Assembly: GCA_022813965.1 (NCBI GenBank) | Contig: JALDZS010000057.1 | Location: 62,001-125,864, forward strand | From: Toensbergia leucococca | Lineage: Eukaryota | Reading direction: 5' to 3' | DNA: 63,864 nt | Shown: piece after piece, positions 1 through 12,328 of the stretch | How positions within the stretch are numbered: the first letter of the stretch is position 1 | Layout: each line of letters opens with the position of its first letter | The notes under the pieces: generated by a model | What the model was told of the DNA's origin: nothing | What the model saw: the letters and a program-made list of their open reading frames with translations, nothing else | Databases searched by the model: none | Translations under genes and position numbers: made by a program

Positions 1-512
1 TTCATGCACCGCACCCAGACGACCTCGCGAAGCCGGGCCAGGAACCCCTTGAAGGCCTGCGTAGTTCTCACATTGGCCGTACGCAGGACCTACCTCCGAC
101 GCCTCGCTCAAGAATGAGCTACACACTTCTCGACGAACTCTTCAGCCTTGTAACGGTCCACGATGGCTCTTCTGAGCGTATCAAATTGGCCCAGGCTGCA
201 GCACCATACCTGATTCTCAGGGCAGGCATAACATTAAAAGCATATATTCTAGATCAACCGTTGCGAGGGCGGATGCCGCAGCCGTTATCGCAAAAGAAAG
301 AAATGGTGTATGTTCTGCGCAAATTGGTTGAGCTAGACTCTGAGCCCAAGGCCATACCTGATGCACTGGGTGTTAATTCTAGACACAAGAAACACTTGCA
401 TAGGCTATATCCCTTGGTGATGCAATCACTGGAGGTTGCCTGGAGAGACACGGAGATGACCGAGGCTCTGAGGACAGTACTTGAAGCCGTGGGGCAAGAC
501 TTTGGCGTTTGA
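1..512 (+). CDS. MON2: 3' end of Mon2/Ysl2-like endosomal trafficking protein (truncated by window start)
   Basis: Frame is open from base 3; ...LKAYILDQPLRGRMPQPLSQKKE...KKHLHRLYPL resembles the fungal Mon2 C-terminus; stop at 510-512. Confidence 0.75.
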   Translation, partial: HAPHPDDLAKPGQEPLEGLRSSHIGRTQDLPPTPRSRMSYTLLDELFSLVTVHDGSSERIKLAQAAAPYLILRAGITLKAYILDQPLRGRMPQPLSQKKEMVYVLRKLVELDSEPKAIPDALGVNSRHKKHLHRLYPLVMQSLEVAWRDTEMTEALRTVLEAVGQDFGV

Positions 513-709
513 ATATGCATAGCAGGGCGTATTGCACAGACTCAGATTACCGAATCTGAAGCAATAATGGCATGAGAGATAGCTGTAGATTATACATTCC
601 CATGGCGCTTTACTGCAAGCCGAATAATAATACTTCTAGAAACAACAATTCCAAAAGAATAGACAATCGTAGGTCCCGTCCACATCATCAAACCGTCATA
701 GCTTCATCT

Positions 710-1121
710 TCACTTAAAGTCAACATGTCTCACAGTGCCATCTTCTCCCAAATGGATGTTCATCCTACACCCCAACATCAGCCACCGTCACCAGAAAGAA
801 TCCAACCCATCAACAGAACAAGCACACCTGTCTTTATTGAAGTCCTGCGTAACCATCGAATCAGGCTCAACGACCCTATGTTCCTTGGGCAGGTCCTGCT
901 TCGCGAAGCTCTAGCCATTTTTTCACGTCAGTTATATATCCATCTGCTTAACGAACCCGGTCCACAGGTGCCAAAAGAGGGCAAGATGTTTTTACAGAAT
1001 GCAAGAAACGTACGGTGTTGTCGGAGGTGGAGTCTGTGAGTTTTTTGCCCATGAGCTTGTTCATCCATTCGGATTGCTGGTTGTTTCCGCCCGAGTTGAT
1101 GCCGGGGACGACGAGAGGCAT
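710..1121 (-). CDS. Small peptidase inhibitor I78-family protein (spliced)
   Basis: Spliced product MPLVVPGINSGG...WMNKLMGKKLTDSTSDNT / FAKQDLPKEHRVVEPDSMVTQDF / RLNVHLGEDGTVRHVDFK*; the RV..P..MVT.DF..RLNV motif is typical of I78; GT-AG introns between exons. Confidence 0.8.
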
Positions 1122-1303
1122 GTTTTGGTGATGGTGGGGAGGGTGCTTGGGTTGGATCTTGTTGGGTTTGAGGGGGGAGGCGGTTGAGGGTGGGTGGGAT
1201 GGAGATGGTTGCTTTGGACGGAGGTGGTTGAGGGAATTATATATTTGGAGGAGGGTGATTGAATACGCGTGAGATGACGTAGGTAGGTGGGTAGGTAGAA
1301 TAA

Positions 1304-2470
1304 CCCTGTGCCTAAGGAAGGTCACCGTCACCGTCATGTATCTAACCAAATCAGGTATTAAGTAGGATGTAATCTACGCTCATTCCTCATGTTATCAAAG
1401 TTACCATATCTTACAATTCTTTTACATTCAACGCAAACTCAATCATCCATCATCTAGATTTTGACTCAATTAGGCAATAGTGCGCCCTGAGCGTGATGTA
1501 GCATTGAGGATCATCATGATCTCACATCACATTTGCGCTTGATTCTCTATCACCATGCAAGTCATTTACTGATTCTATTCATGTGTCATCTAGAAGTCAG
1601 ATTATCTAGGGAATTATCGCGGTTTCACACCTGATTCTGAGTTAAATCCCCTCACCCTTGGGCGCACAATCACCCTGGGAGCGCATAGGGACTTATCATG
1701 ATTTCACATCATATTAGCAATTGACTCTCTATCACTATACAACTCATTTACTCATTCTATTTGCGTGTCATCTATAAGTCAAATTATCTAGAAGAAAACC
1801 AATGCTTTTGTACCATATCCTGACTTGATTCCCTCACCCCTGGGCGCACAATCACCCCCTGAGCGCAAAAAATCATGATTTTATCTACCTCCTTTCAAAA
1901 TCATGAAACACCCTGTTATTCACAGAAACTCCGCCTCCCTCCCTCCTTCTATTTCCTCACCCTCCTCAATGAGGTGTGAAATTGAGTCAGAATGAGGTGA
2001 AAAATTGAGTCAAGATGAGGTAGAAAAGTATGAAGATTCCCTAGGTAATTTGGCTTCTAGATGGCACGCACATGGAACAGGTAATTGACTTGCCAAGTGA
2101 TAGAGAATTGAGGTAAAATGTGGTGCAGAATGATAAGATTTCCCACAATGAACTTGCGCCCGGGGCGTCACTAATGTCTAATCAGGTATGGTTGAGGGGG
2201 GTGTCAATGTAGCAAAAAGGGGTGTCACAATAGCAAAACCCTATAAACCTTACAAGCCTATTGAAATGAGGTGTCAGGTTATTGAAATGAGGTGTAGAGA
2301 TATTATAAGTCAAAATATAGGTGGTTGACGGTTGAGTATGCGTTTGATGTAAAAGAATTGTAAGATATGGTAATTTTGATAACATGAGGAATAAGCGTAG
2401 ATTACATCCTACTTAATACCTGATTCGGTTAGATACATGACGGTGACGGTGACCTTCCTTAGGCAGAGGG
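1304..2470. mobile_element. Non-autonomous TIR DNA transposon (Mutator-like / large MITE)
   Basis: ~165-bp near-identical terminal inverted repeats (CCCT[G/C]TGCCTAAGGAAGGTCACCGTCACCGTCATG...); flanks GTAGAATAA (1295-1303) and ATAGAATAA (2471-2479) form a 9-bp TSD with one mismatch; no transposase ORF. Confidence 0.88.
1480..2170. repeat. ~180-bp subterminal repeat units inside the TIR element
   Basis: Two direct copies at ~1480-1665 and ~1670-1860 (TCATGAT.TCACATCA...CTCTATCAC...GTGTCATCTA.AAGTCA) and a diverged inverted copy at ~2040-2170. Confidence 0.75.
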
Positions 2471-2775
2471 ATAGAATAAGGGCTTCAAGCGAACCTAGAG
2501 ACTTTTCGTTTTTTGTATCGCGAGTCAAGTATCTTCAAGCCGCACAGTCGATCCAATATTGCTCATTGATCACACCACTATCTTTGCAGCTACAGCAGCA
2601 ACAATTAGCGCGGGGGACATTGACTTGATTCGCCCTTTTACACCAGTCACACATCAATCTAATTCCAAGATATTTAAAGAAAATCTTTAAGCCCCAAGAG
2701 TGTCAATTCACTTTACAGATCAAATCCAGACATTGGTGGTTTACCATTCACACCTCCACTTTCCATACTACAACC

Positions 2776-3603
2776 ATGTCCTCCGGCTTTGTGTCTGGCG
2801 GTACGACGGACAAACCTGTCGAGCGTGATGATGAATGGCTAGAAGCACAGCAGGAAATTGAGGCTACACGACGTCGCAAAGAGGAGGAAAGCAGGCAGCA
2901 AGGAGGGAAGACTCTCTATGACGTCCTCCAGGAAAACAAAGGTGACTATTACCATCCAATTGGCCGAGTACCATCACTTTGTACAGACTGACATATTAGG
3001 TGCGTTCTCGTTCTGGCAGCCTCCAAGCAAGAAGCATTCGAAGAGTCCATCCGATTGAAAAATCAATTTCGCACTCTGGATGAAGACGAGATTGAGTTTC
3101 TAGACTCTGTACTGGAATCTACGAGAGCCAAGGAGGAAGCTGTCAAGAAGGAGACCACCGAACAATTAGACCTATTCAGACAGCAGCAAGAAGAGGCAGA
3201 CAAGGCTCTGCTAAGCGAGGCTGGAGCCAGTATCGGCGCTGGTGGACCTGGAAGTGCGGGCAGTCCTCCAGCTGAAGAGTCGCCATGGGCACTGAATGCG
3301 AGGAAACGGAAGCGAACTAAGGACAAGGAGGGCGGGAAAGGTATCAAGCTGCGGAAGTCTTCTTCTACGAGCGAATCGGTACCATCCTTGGAAAAAGATA
3401 CTCAGTCGGCTGTATCCACGAAAAGCAACACCATACAGATACCGGGTCCGGCAATGATGCGCCAGCCGGTTAAAGATGACGGTAGTACGATGGTCCCTGC
3501 TAGTGTCGGCGTAGCTCCAGTCCCTGCATCTAAGTCGAGTTTTTCAACCGCCAGAACTTTGAGCCTTGTTGGCTATGACTCGGACGATGAAGATTCAAAT
3601 TGA
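2776..3603 (+). CDS. FAM192A/PSME3IP1/Fyv6 (NIP30 N-terminal domain) protein
   Basis: MSSGFVSGG...KTLYDVLQENK / ASKQEAFEESIRLKNQFRTLDEDEIEFLD; intron 2942-3019; C-terminal LVGYDSDDED. Confidence 0.85.
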
Positions 3604-4162
3604 CATTCACTACTCACTTCGCTTAGCTGATCGAAGATACTCACATTTGCTGACATTGCTTTCTCAAAATTAAATGGCCATATCACGATTACTAGAATAA
3701 CATCTCAACCACATCTACCCAAATGATGCTTTGAGAAATCCGACGTTCGATTGGTGGGCCATTACGCTGTCGCCGTGTCAAGAGCAGCGCGCGAAAGTGA
3801 CAAAGTCAAATTACAGTCGGAGCTCAACACTTCGATTTCAATCATTATACAAACCCATCGATACACCTCTACTACCATTTGTGTCGTTCATTGGCTTGAT
3901 ATCAGGGTTTGATTTCTATTCCTCGCTTAAGCTATTGAATTCGTAACAAAGAAATACTACAACTTGGAGAATAATCTGGTATGCCCAAATGCAGTCAGGA
4001 ATTGGGCGTCTTTGTCTCCGCATCCGGTGTCTTCGATTAGCCTCGAATTGTAACAACCATGTCGACTCGCGATACTCGCCTCTATCAGTCCTCGACGGGC
4101 CCTCCATACTCGCATCACGAACTTGTGATCTTCCATGATCCCACTCGGTCTCTTCGTCAGAG

Positions 4163-6334
4163 ATGGAACCAAAGGCTACAAAAGCAGACGACGAAATATT
4201 AGCTGGGCACCTCGAGCCCAAAGCTTTGGGAGGAGGTCTGGTGCACACACCTGAAGCTACCGATATTAATGGCGTAAAACCGGTCGAGCGAGCATATAAT
4301 TATAGAAAAAATATCTTAAAAGGGGTTATAAATGGCGAGGCATCACAGTCCACGCGAGTGGACGAGTCAGGCTCTTCTAGAATGCCGGAGGTGCTGTTTC
4401 AGCCATTTCCACCTCCAATACAATCAATCAGTCGCCCAGGATCAGACATGGATTCCTTAGTCTCCCAATTTGGTAGAACGGGAATAGCATCCGGAGCGCC
4501 AACATCGTCATATCTGTTTCAAGTGCCTAAGGGTTATGGAAGGACTACACAAATTACGCCTGAGACGTTTTACAAACAACGTCAGGCCGAAAAAGAGGCC
4601 AGGAAACGCAAGCGAGACCTAGGGATTGTTTTGCCAAGAACAAGGAAAGAACGACATGGATATCGACCTGAAGAACTTCTGTGGAATGGAGCTTTGGAAT
4701 TGAAAGACTGCAAGCTGCCGACGCTAAAGAACGAGGTGCATCCATTGTTCGAGCGGGATCGTTTCGATGGGTGCCCGGATTACATTTACGATCAACTTTT
4801 GCCAGCGTTGCGTCTTGCAAGCATTCTTCTGACCCAGCCGATATGTATGAAATTCTTTGTCAATCTTGAGTTTGGGAATCGACAGGTTGATTCCGAGATG
4901 AGCTCGAGATGCGGAAGGCTACGCCATCGGATTGGGGACGTTACGTTGACAGCAGATAATACGGCCCATGTCGTTGAAAACCTCAAAGATCTAGGTCATT
5001 CGGAGCTACTCACATTTGTATTTATTCCTACTCATAAAACCCTCGGTGGTGCTTTTGGGTGGACACAGCTCAAGTGCGGTGATCACTGGAGTCATTTTAG
5101 GAGGCCATTGCAAAAGCTTGCAAACTCAAGGGTCATACTCAATGGCGACTTTTATACTGCCATGGAACAGATGAGCCAGCTGAAATATGCAGACGCCGCA
5201 CAGCAGCTTCGTGCCTGGTTTTTCCTTGCATTGAATCTTTGTCACGAGGTGAGTCTGTATTCATACCAAATCGAGTACATTCATGTGTACTTGCCATTGT
5301 ATCCTTGTTAATTACATGCTCGCCTTCCTAATCTCCTTTGTGTCCAAGCTAATTCGGTCCAGGTTGCCCATGGTAAGTGCACCCTTCTCAAAGCTGTCAG
5401 AACTCCACCCCTTAAGATTCCTGCTCACTCATTTCTAGCTGTGGAAATTTCAAAAAATGCTGAGAGTTTCAGTATGCACTCCGAGCCTTTTTTCCGACAG
5501 GACAATGCAGCGGAATGCGGCGCAGCTTGGGAATCCTACACCTTTGGCGGCCGTGTCCAACCCATTAACAAAAGATGCGATGCCTCTCATGGCATTTCTA
5601 TTTGGGATTGGCCCGAGAGGAATTCCCCAGTCGAGCCTAGCAGCGTTGTCCATTTCAGCGTTTCCATGGGCTACATCGAGAACATCTTCAAAGCCAAAAC
5701 ATGGGATCGCGATTTCGACCTCCGTGATTGGAAGATGTTCCATATCCCAAGAGATGGAGCGCAGTCTCACGCTTTGAATTCTTTCACTACTATGGATTGG
5801 AGCGAAGAAGTCAGGATACAGCAGGAATTCGACGACGCGTTGGATGCAATCATCAACGAACAGCCGGCAACCAAGAAGAGAGAGACTGGATCGGGAAAAG
5901 CCGTTCGGAAACTTTCCGACGGTACGGAGGTCGATGATGGTCGTGATCTTGGCGAAAAGAGTCCCGTGGGGCAGTTGCCACTGCCAGAGCTGCCGCAGCA
6001 GCAGCCAACTACGGCAGTCACAGTCAAGGCAAAGCAGCTGGGGAAGAAGCAGCGAAGGTGGAAGGCTCGGGCCGAAAAAATTCGGGAGAAGATCCGGGCC
6101 GAGAAGCGAGCGGAACGGGAACGGAGAGATGAGGGGGACAGGAAGGCTGTGGAAGCGGGGAAGTTGGAGTTGGCGAGGAGGAAGATTTTGGAGGCTGAGG
6201 AGGTGAGGGCGGAGGAGGAGTGGAAGAGGGAGAATGAGGAGAAGATTGTAGCTGAGGTCGTGAGACGGCGGGAGGAGGAACGGATGCGGATGGAGGATGG
6301 GTTGAAGGGGCTGACTGATCATGAGAATGATTGA
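4163..6334 (+). CDS. Uncharacterised protein with HExxH zincin-like motif and charged coiled-coil tail
   Basis: Exons 4163-5248, 5363-5372, 5439-6334 join in frame to give LNLCHEVAHAVE...EPFF...ECGAAWESYTFGG. Confidence 0.7.
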
Positions 6335-6654
6335 TTGAAAGTACGAGTCTGATATTTAGATCCTCCGGTCCGTCATCCTGCAGAGTTATCATCTTGGTTT
6401 CGGAGGATGAATGGGCTGTTGAAAGGGGAGAAAAGGGGACGGGGGATATTCAAGTTGTATCGAAAAAAAGGAGGGGGGGAAGGCAAGGAATACGAGACGT
6501 GAAAAAGGATGAGACGGGAATGGGATAATACTATCTTTTTAAAATAACCGAAGACTGAGTGAATTTTTGTTGGACGCCCCAGCATTGTCAAACCCTCCCC
6601 TTTCCCAGCTAGTATACATACCTGTATTCATACACCCCAAACACACAAAACATC

Positions 6655-8030
6655 CTACACCCTCTCCACCACATCCTCAGCGCCCAAACCCCTCCTCCCC
6701 GCCCCAGCCCCAGCCTGCCCACCCACCCCACCAACAACCCCATCCCTAAAAGCCTGCACATCGCCCTCCCCCCTCTTCTCCCCAGCCGCCCCCACACTAC
6801 TCCCAGCCTCAAGCACCCTCCTCTGTTGGCCCTCGCTAACCTTCCCATAAACCGCCATCGCACTCGCAATCATCCCCGCCATATCCCCCACATTCCCCGG
6901 CACCACCACCGCCGTCCCCTCCTTCGCCAACCGCCCAAACGCCTCAACATACTTCTCCGCAACCCGCAGCCCCACAGCCCCCTGCGCGCTGTTTCCGCCA
7001 TCGCGGATACTGCCCGCCACGGCATCGATGCCTTGAGCCGTCGCCTGCGCTTTGACGAGAATGGCCTCCGCCTCCCCGCTCGCCATGTTGATCTGCTCCG
7101 CGCGCATGGCCTCGCTAGCAAGGATGACGCTCTGTTTCCGGCCCTCGGCGATGTTGATGGCGCTCTGTCGCTGGCCCTCGCTTTCCAGGATTTCGGCGCG
7201 CTTGCTCCGCTCGGCGGTCACTTGGCGGTGCATGGCTGCGACGACGGCTTGCGGGGCGTGGATGTCGCGGATTTCGTAGCGCAGGCAGACTACGCCCCAG
7301 GCTTGGGAGGCTTCGTTGATGGCTTGGGTTATGGTGATGTTTAGGGCGGCGCGCTCTTTGAGGACGTGGTCGAGGGAGAGTTGGCCGATTGCGGCGCGCA
7401 TGGTTGTTTGGGCGAGTTGAGAGATGGCGTAGGAGGCGTCTTCGACGCCGTAGCTTTTTTTTGGGGGGGTGGATTGTCAGTTTTTTTCTTCTTTTTCTTA
7501 AGGGGGGGTGGGGGCAGGGTTATATGGTAGATCTATGGTGATTTATTCGGGGAGTGTTACCTAGCTTTGTAGGCATCGAAGACACGGGTGTAGAGCACGC
7601 CGTCCAATTCTAAGGTTACGTTGTCGGCGGTGATGGCGCTCTGGGAGGGAATTTCAATGGCGGCTTCTTTGAGGCTTTTGACGTAGGCGATGCGGTCGAG
7701 GAACGGGATCAGTAGCGCAATACCTGGGTCTAGGATGCGGTTGTATTTCCCCATGCGTTCGACAATCCAGGCCGTTTGCTGGGGGACAAAGCGGACGATT
7801 GTGTTTGCTGGCAGGGAAGGGCGTTGGAAGTAAGTGGACGGGGGCGTGGTGCCGGTTGGGGAAAGGGAGCCGAGAAGACCATTTCCTGCTGAGAGAGTTG
7901 GATGCGTGGAGAAGAGTCGGGTGGAGGCGTAGAGAGATTGGAATGGGAAGGTGGGGAGATATTTGGGGTCGAGGAGGAGGGAGGATGCTCCTCTTCTGGT
8001 GGTGTGGAGGGAGGCTTTCATGACTGCCAT
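6655..8030 (-). CDS. Stomatin-like protein 2 (SPFH/Band 7), mitochondrial
   Basis: VPQQTAWIVERMGKY...SQSAITADNVTLELDGVLY / YGVEDA..AISQLAQTTMRAAIGQLSLDHVLKER...AERSKRAEILESEG; presequence-like N-terminus; intron ~7454-7560; start 8030 or 8021. Confidence 0.92.
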
Positions 8031-8307
8031 GATTCTTTCCCTGACTCTTGCAGTCTTTGCTCTCTGCCAAAGACTCCTCACTCACTCACGTGCATGGTTG
8101 ATGGGTTTTCCTAGGACGAGATTTCAGTCTGCTCGCCTAGAGCGTCATTTTGCCGCTAGCCTTTTTCAACCATCCTCATCCTACGGGCATCTTCTTTCAC
8201 AATCCCCACTATCTCTTGGATATAAACCCCATTCCCCACCACTCTCTCCCTACCATCCAAACAACACATATCTCCCTCCATCTCCCCCCTTGTCCCTTCG
8301 CCCCAAA

Positions 8308-9257
8308 ATGTCCGAATACTGGAAATCCACAGTCAGTCCCACACCCCCCTCCCTTTCCCCCCACCCCTCACTAACCACCCCCCCACCCAACCCCAGCCAA
8401 AATACTGGTGCAAATACTGCCGCACCTATGTCCGCGACACCAAACCCTCCAAATCCACCCACGACGCAACCCCCAAGCACCAAGGCGCCGTAAAACGCTT
8501 CCTACGCGACCTGCACCGCGGCCACGAGCGCGAAGACCGCGAGAAGCAGCGGGCCAAAGATGAGGTGGAGAGGCTGAACGGGGTGGTGTCGGGGGAGGTG
8601 CTGGGGCGGAGGAAGAGGGGTGAGGGGGAGGTGGTGGCTGTGGATTTGAGGGAGAGGAAGAGACAGGTTGGGCAGTTGGCTGAGATGGGGGTTGCGGTTC
8701 CTGAGGCTTTTAGGGGGGAGATGGCTATGGTTGGGGAGTGGGAGGTGCTTTCGAGGAGGGTGGTCAGGGGGTCCGGAGGGGAGATTGGGGAGGGGTTTGG
8801 TGGGATGAAGGAAGAGGATGGGGAGGAGTTGGAGGGGAAGGCGCTGAATGTGGGGATTAGGAGGAGGAGGAGGGGTGATGGGGAGGAGGATGAAGGTGAG
8901 GCGGCATCTGGGAGGAGGAGAGGTTGGGGTGAAAGGGTGAGAGGGTATCCGGGTGAGGAGGGAGATGAAGATTTGGATTCTTTGCTGTTGGGGGCGAAGT
9001 TTGGGAGGAGAGGAGATGATGGGGAGGAAGTAGGGAAAGAGGAGGTTCTGAAGCAGATGGATGACGGTAATGCTGTGGGTGAGAAAGTGAAGCATCTTGT
9101 AGATGGACATGCCATCAAGGAGGAAGATGGAGAAGCTGGTGGTGCGCCTGTGGTGACACTAGGAGATGGCGAAGCCTCGGTTAAACAGGAGGAGGGTGCT
9201 ATGGACTCTGGGGTAGTGTTCAAGAAGCGTAAAGCCAAGCAAATACGGCAAAGATGA
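8308..9257 (+). CDS. U1-type/matrin zinc finger protein (WBP4/FBP21-like)
   Basis: MSEYWKST / PKYWCKYCRTYVRDTK...HDATPKHQGAVKRFLRDLH; intron ~8332-8395; C-terminal VVFKKRKAK. Confidence 0.85.
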
Positions 9258-9523
9258 AAATACCAATGGTGCTCGCATGAAAATATCAAATTCGACGCCC
9301 CCTTTCTTTCCCACGCAGCTAACATGGCAATCTAGCAATACGCCCAAAGTATGTTCGTAGCCAAATCTAGGTACAAGAAGCAAAAGCCGCAGATTCAGAT
9401 TCAGATTCCTCGAATTCGCCTTCCAGAAATGTCATCGCGCAGAAAAAGCCATGATCCTTTGCTCCTGTGTGACAAATCCCAGTCCATTTGAGATGAAAAT
9501 CCTTGATCCCTAGTCACAGAACT

Positions 9524-10796
9524 TCAAACCCCGGACCATTTCCACAACTTGTTTCTTTCTAACCCTTCCGTATCCGCAATTCGAAAAACATATTTCACCG
9601 CACTTGCATTCCCCTCCTTCAGATTCCTCAAAGCTCCCTCCACACCCCCTAAACCCCCTGGTACAACTTCAAACGGATGCGGCTTGAGCCACCCTTGCTG
9701 CAAGCCCCGGCTGAAAAGGCGATAGAATATGAAGCCAAAGTCTTCATTTCCGACCGATGTCCCAGTTGTCTTCTGCCATTTGTCGGGATCCGTGGCCTTG
9801 TGTACGCATCCTACAAGCGTGCCTGACGATCTAATGGTGGAGGGGATATCGCTGTAGTCTCGTCCGGGCAAGACGAGGGTGATCTGACCAGTCGTGTGGT
9901 CGAGGGCTTTGCAAATGTTTTGAAAACTGCCCTTTTCACTCACGGCATCGAAGGCATATTCTAGCTTGCCGGTACTGGTTTCACTGACTGCGTCTTTAAT
10001 ATTCTGGACCAAGTTCACGTTCCTGTAGTCTAGTACGATATCCCCCTTGCTTTTGTCGATCATCCCTTCGACGTGTTTTGTGCCTCTTCCAGCTATGCAG
10101 ATCAATGGGTGAATGTTTGATTGTTGGGCGAGTTGAACGGCGAAGGAGCCTACTGCAGTAGCGGCGCCGTAGATGAGCAGTGGTAAGGGAGTTGTAGTTG
10201 GATGCCAAGGAAGAGGCAGAGAGAGTCGTTGGTAGAGACCTACCGCCGCGGTCATGGCTGCTAGAGGAATAGTTGCTGCTTCTGTAGATCCACCGGGATG
10301 GATTAGAGGAAAGTAAACATTGACTGGGAAGGGAATCACAGCACAGGATGAGCAACTAAGCTGTAAATTGCCCACCTTCGAAAGTGGTTTTCTTGGGGAT
10401 GTGGAAGGTCGTGTGCGCTGGACTGACAGCGTATTCGGCATAACTTCCACCGGGGGAGAGAAGCTGATGAAAAGCGGCTACGCGGTCGCCTGGTTTGAAC
10501 TCGAGGACATCGGAGCCAACAGAATGCACGATACCAGCAATATCGTCGCCTTGGTTAATGGCCTTGCCATTGGGACTGGGCATGGCAGCACGCTGTGCAT
10601 TGGACTCATCAGCCAATTTCATGCAGGGTAAAAAGGTCTGACGAAAGTGTTCAGCGAGGTCAATTACCTTCCAGTCCTTGGGGTTGGATCCGGATACAAC
10701 GACTTTGGTTACAACTTGATTGGCATCTGGAGTGGGTATGGGCGAGTCGACAATCTCGACCCTGGGGCCCGAGTGGATCAGTGCTTCCTTCATCAT
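9524..10796 (-). CDS. Medium-chain dehydrogenase/reductase, trans-enoyl reductase-like (ToxD/LovC type)
   Basis: VVVSGSNPKDWK, GDDIAGIVHSVG..FKPGDRVAAFH, EAATIPLA, LIYGAATAVGSFAVQLA, ASAVKYVFRI; two introns. Confidence 0.88.
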
Positions 10797-12328
10797 GACT
10801 GACTGGAGTGGTGTAGTGGATGTAGTTAGTGATGCAGTGTACAGGCCGAATAGCAATTAAGGTCAGTGGTCATTCATGACGGTCGTATGCACTTTGAGTT
10901 GTCTGAATTGGATTTCCCTGTCTCACTATTAATACATGAAGTGTGGGGTGACATCGCAGGAGGCATGGAATGCACTGTATGAATTGTATGAATTGTATGG
11001 CCATCCTGGTCGTACGCGGTATTATTACCCATTCATACGGTCATTCATACACGCCACGCCGTCTGCGCCCCCTGGAATTCCACTTCGATATAGGTATCCT
11101 CAATACTTTGAGAAAATATGGTGGTCCAATAGTGGTATTGATTGTATTCAAGACCTCACGAAACAAAGAACCACAATTTGAACAGTGCCCACCATGTATA
11201 GCTCCAGGACGAACCTGCCTGGGACAAATATTCTGGCCAGCCTCCACGCCCCTATTCTCATTTGAAGGCATCTTGTTCGAGCAAGCAACTGATAGAACTC
11301 TTTCTGCATCGTAGATAGCAGGACTGGAATCATTTAAATCTCTTCGTATGTTGTCGATGTGGGGCAGATCTTGGAATGTGATCAGTAGTGCCAGATGTGA
11401 GATGAAGGATCATGTTTCTAGAACCTGCGATATACAAAAAGTCCCTATTCCACGTGCTGCAGGCAGTAGAAGTTGGAGACACCACGATGAGTGTGCTCCG
11501 TCTGTCGAGGGGGGCGGCCAGGGAAATCGAACCTGAAGCGCAATTTAGTGCTCAACCCCGAATGCAAAGCATTGACTTTGCTTTGAAATCAATACCTACA
11601 TGCTTACTTGTCGTCTTAGGCCCAGGCAAGCTGGGTCTCAGACATTGTGTTCGTCGAATAGTACGAAGACCTGGGATTTGCTAGAGATCCTGAATGTGAT
11701 GCCTTAATACTCCCGAATATCTTGAATTCTTAGTATGCAGCACACAGATTGTAGCTCTCGCTATTCTGGTCTCAATATATCAATAGAAATGCTCGCGTCG
11801 GCGGTTCGAAATCGGAATATTGTTCACTCTCAAAAAGCAACACCAGCAGGTGCTGCAACAAAAAACATCGTCCTCTCTAGCGATGACCTGCAAAGGATCC
11901 GAACATGCCGAGTTGAAGAATGCTGCGGCGGTAGATATGATTGGTAGTCCTCGTCAAAATCAACGCTACTCTTTCCAATGATGTCGGCCATCTTAGCCAT
12001 GGCGATCTTCTGTTGCATCAAAGCCAGTTAGTCTACATGACGATCGGATAATGCAGACTCTCCGGGTTTAGATTTGTGCCATGAATGTCCAGGTGATGGG
12101 CTGTCCTCGTATTAGTAGCTCAGTAGTGGCCACTATAATCTGATCGCTGACAATGGTCGTTAGTGGCCATCTTTAGTAATACTGAAAGGAATAAGATCCG
12201 GGAGTGGTATAAGTATTGTGAGATCCTCCAACGCTGTTCGTAAATCCCTTATGTATAAGTAGCCTCAAGTTTTGCTACAAATTGAAACAGCGAATGCACC
12301 AGCATAATGAACCCAGCTATGCTTCTGA

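Noticed and set aside
1480..1860. CRISPR-like repeat array
   Set aside because: Eukaryotic context; units are ~180-bp transposon subterminal repeats without spacers.
5450..6322. 290-aa antisense ORF, and similar long antisense ORFs at 8426-9325 and 6826-7344
   Set aside because: Shadows of real genes caused by strong G/C skew; low-complexity Pro/Ser/Leu translations.
10936..12200. Short ORFs between the reductase and bZIP genes
   Set aside because: Fragmented and without a recognisable domain; may be a decayed gene but cannot be supported.
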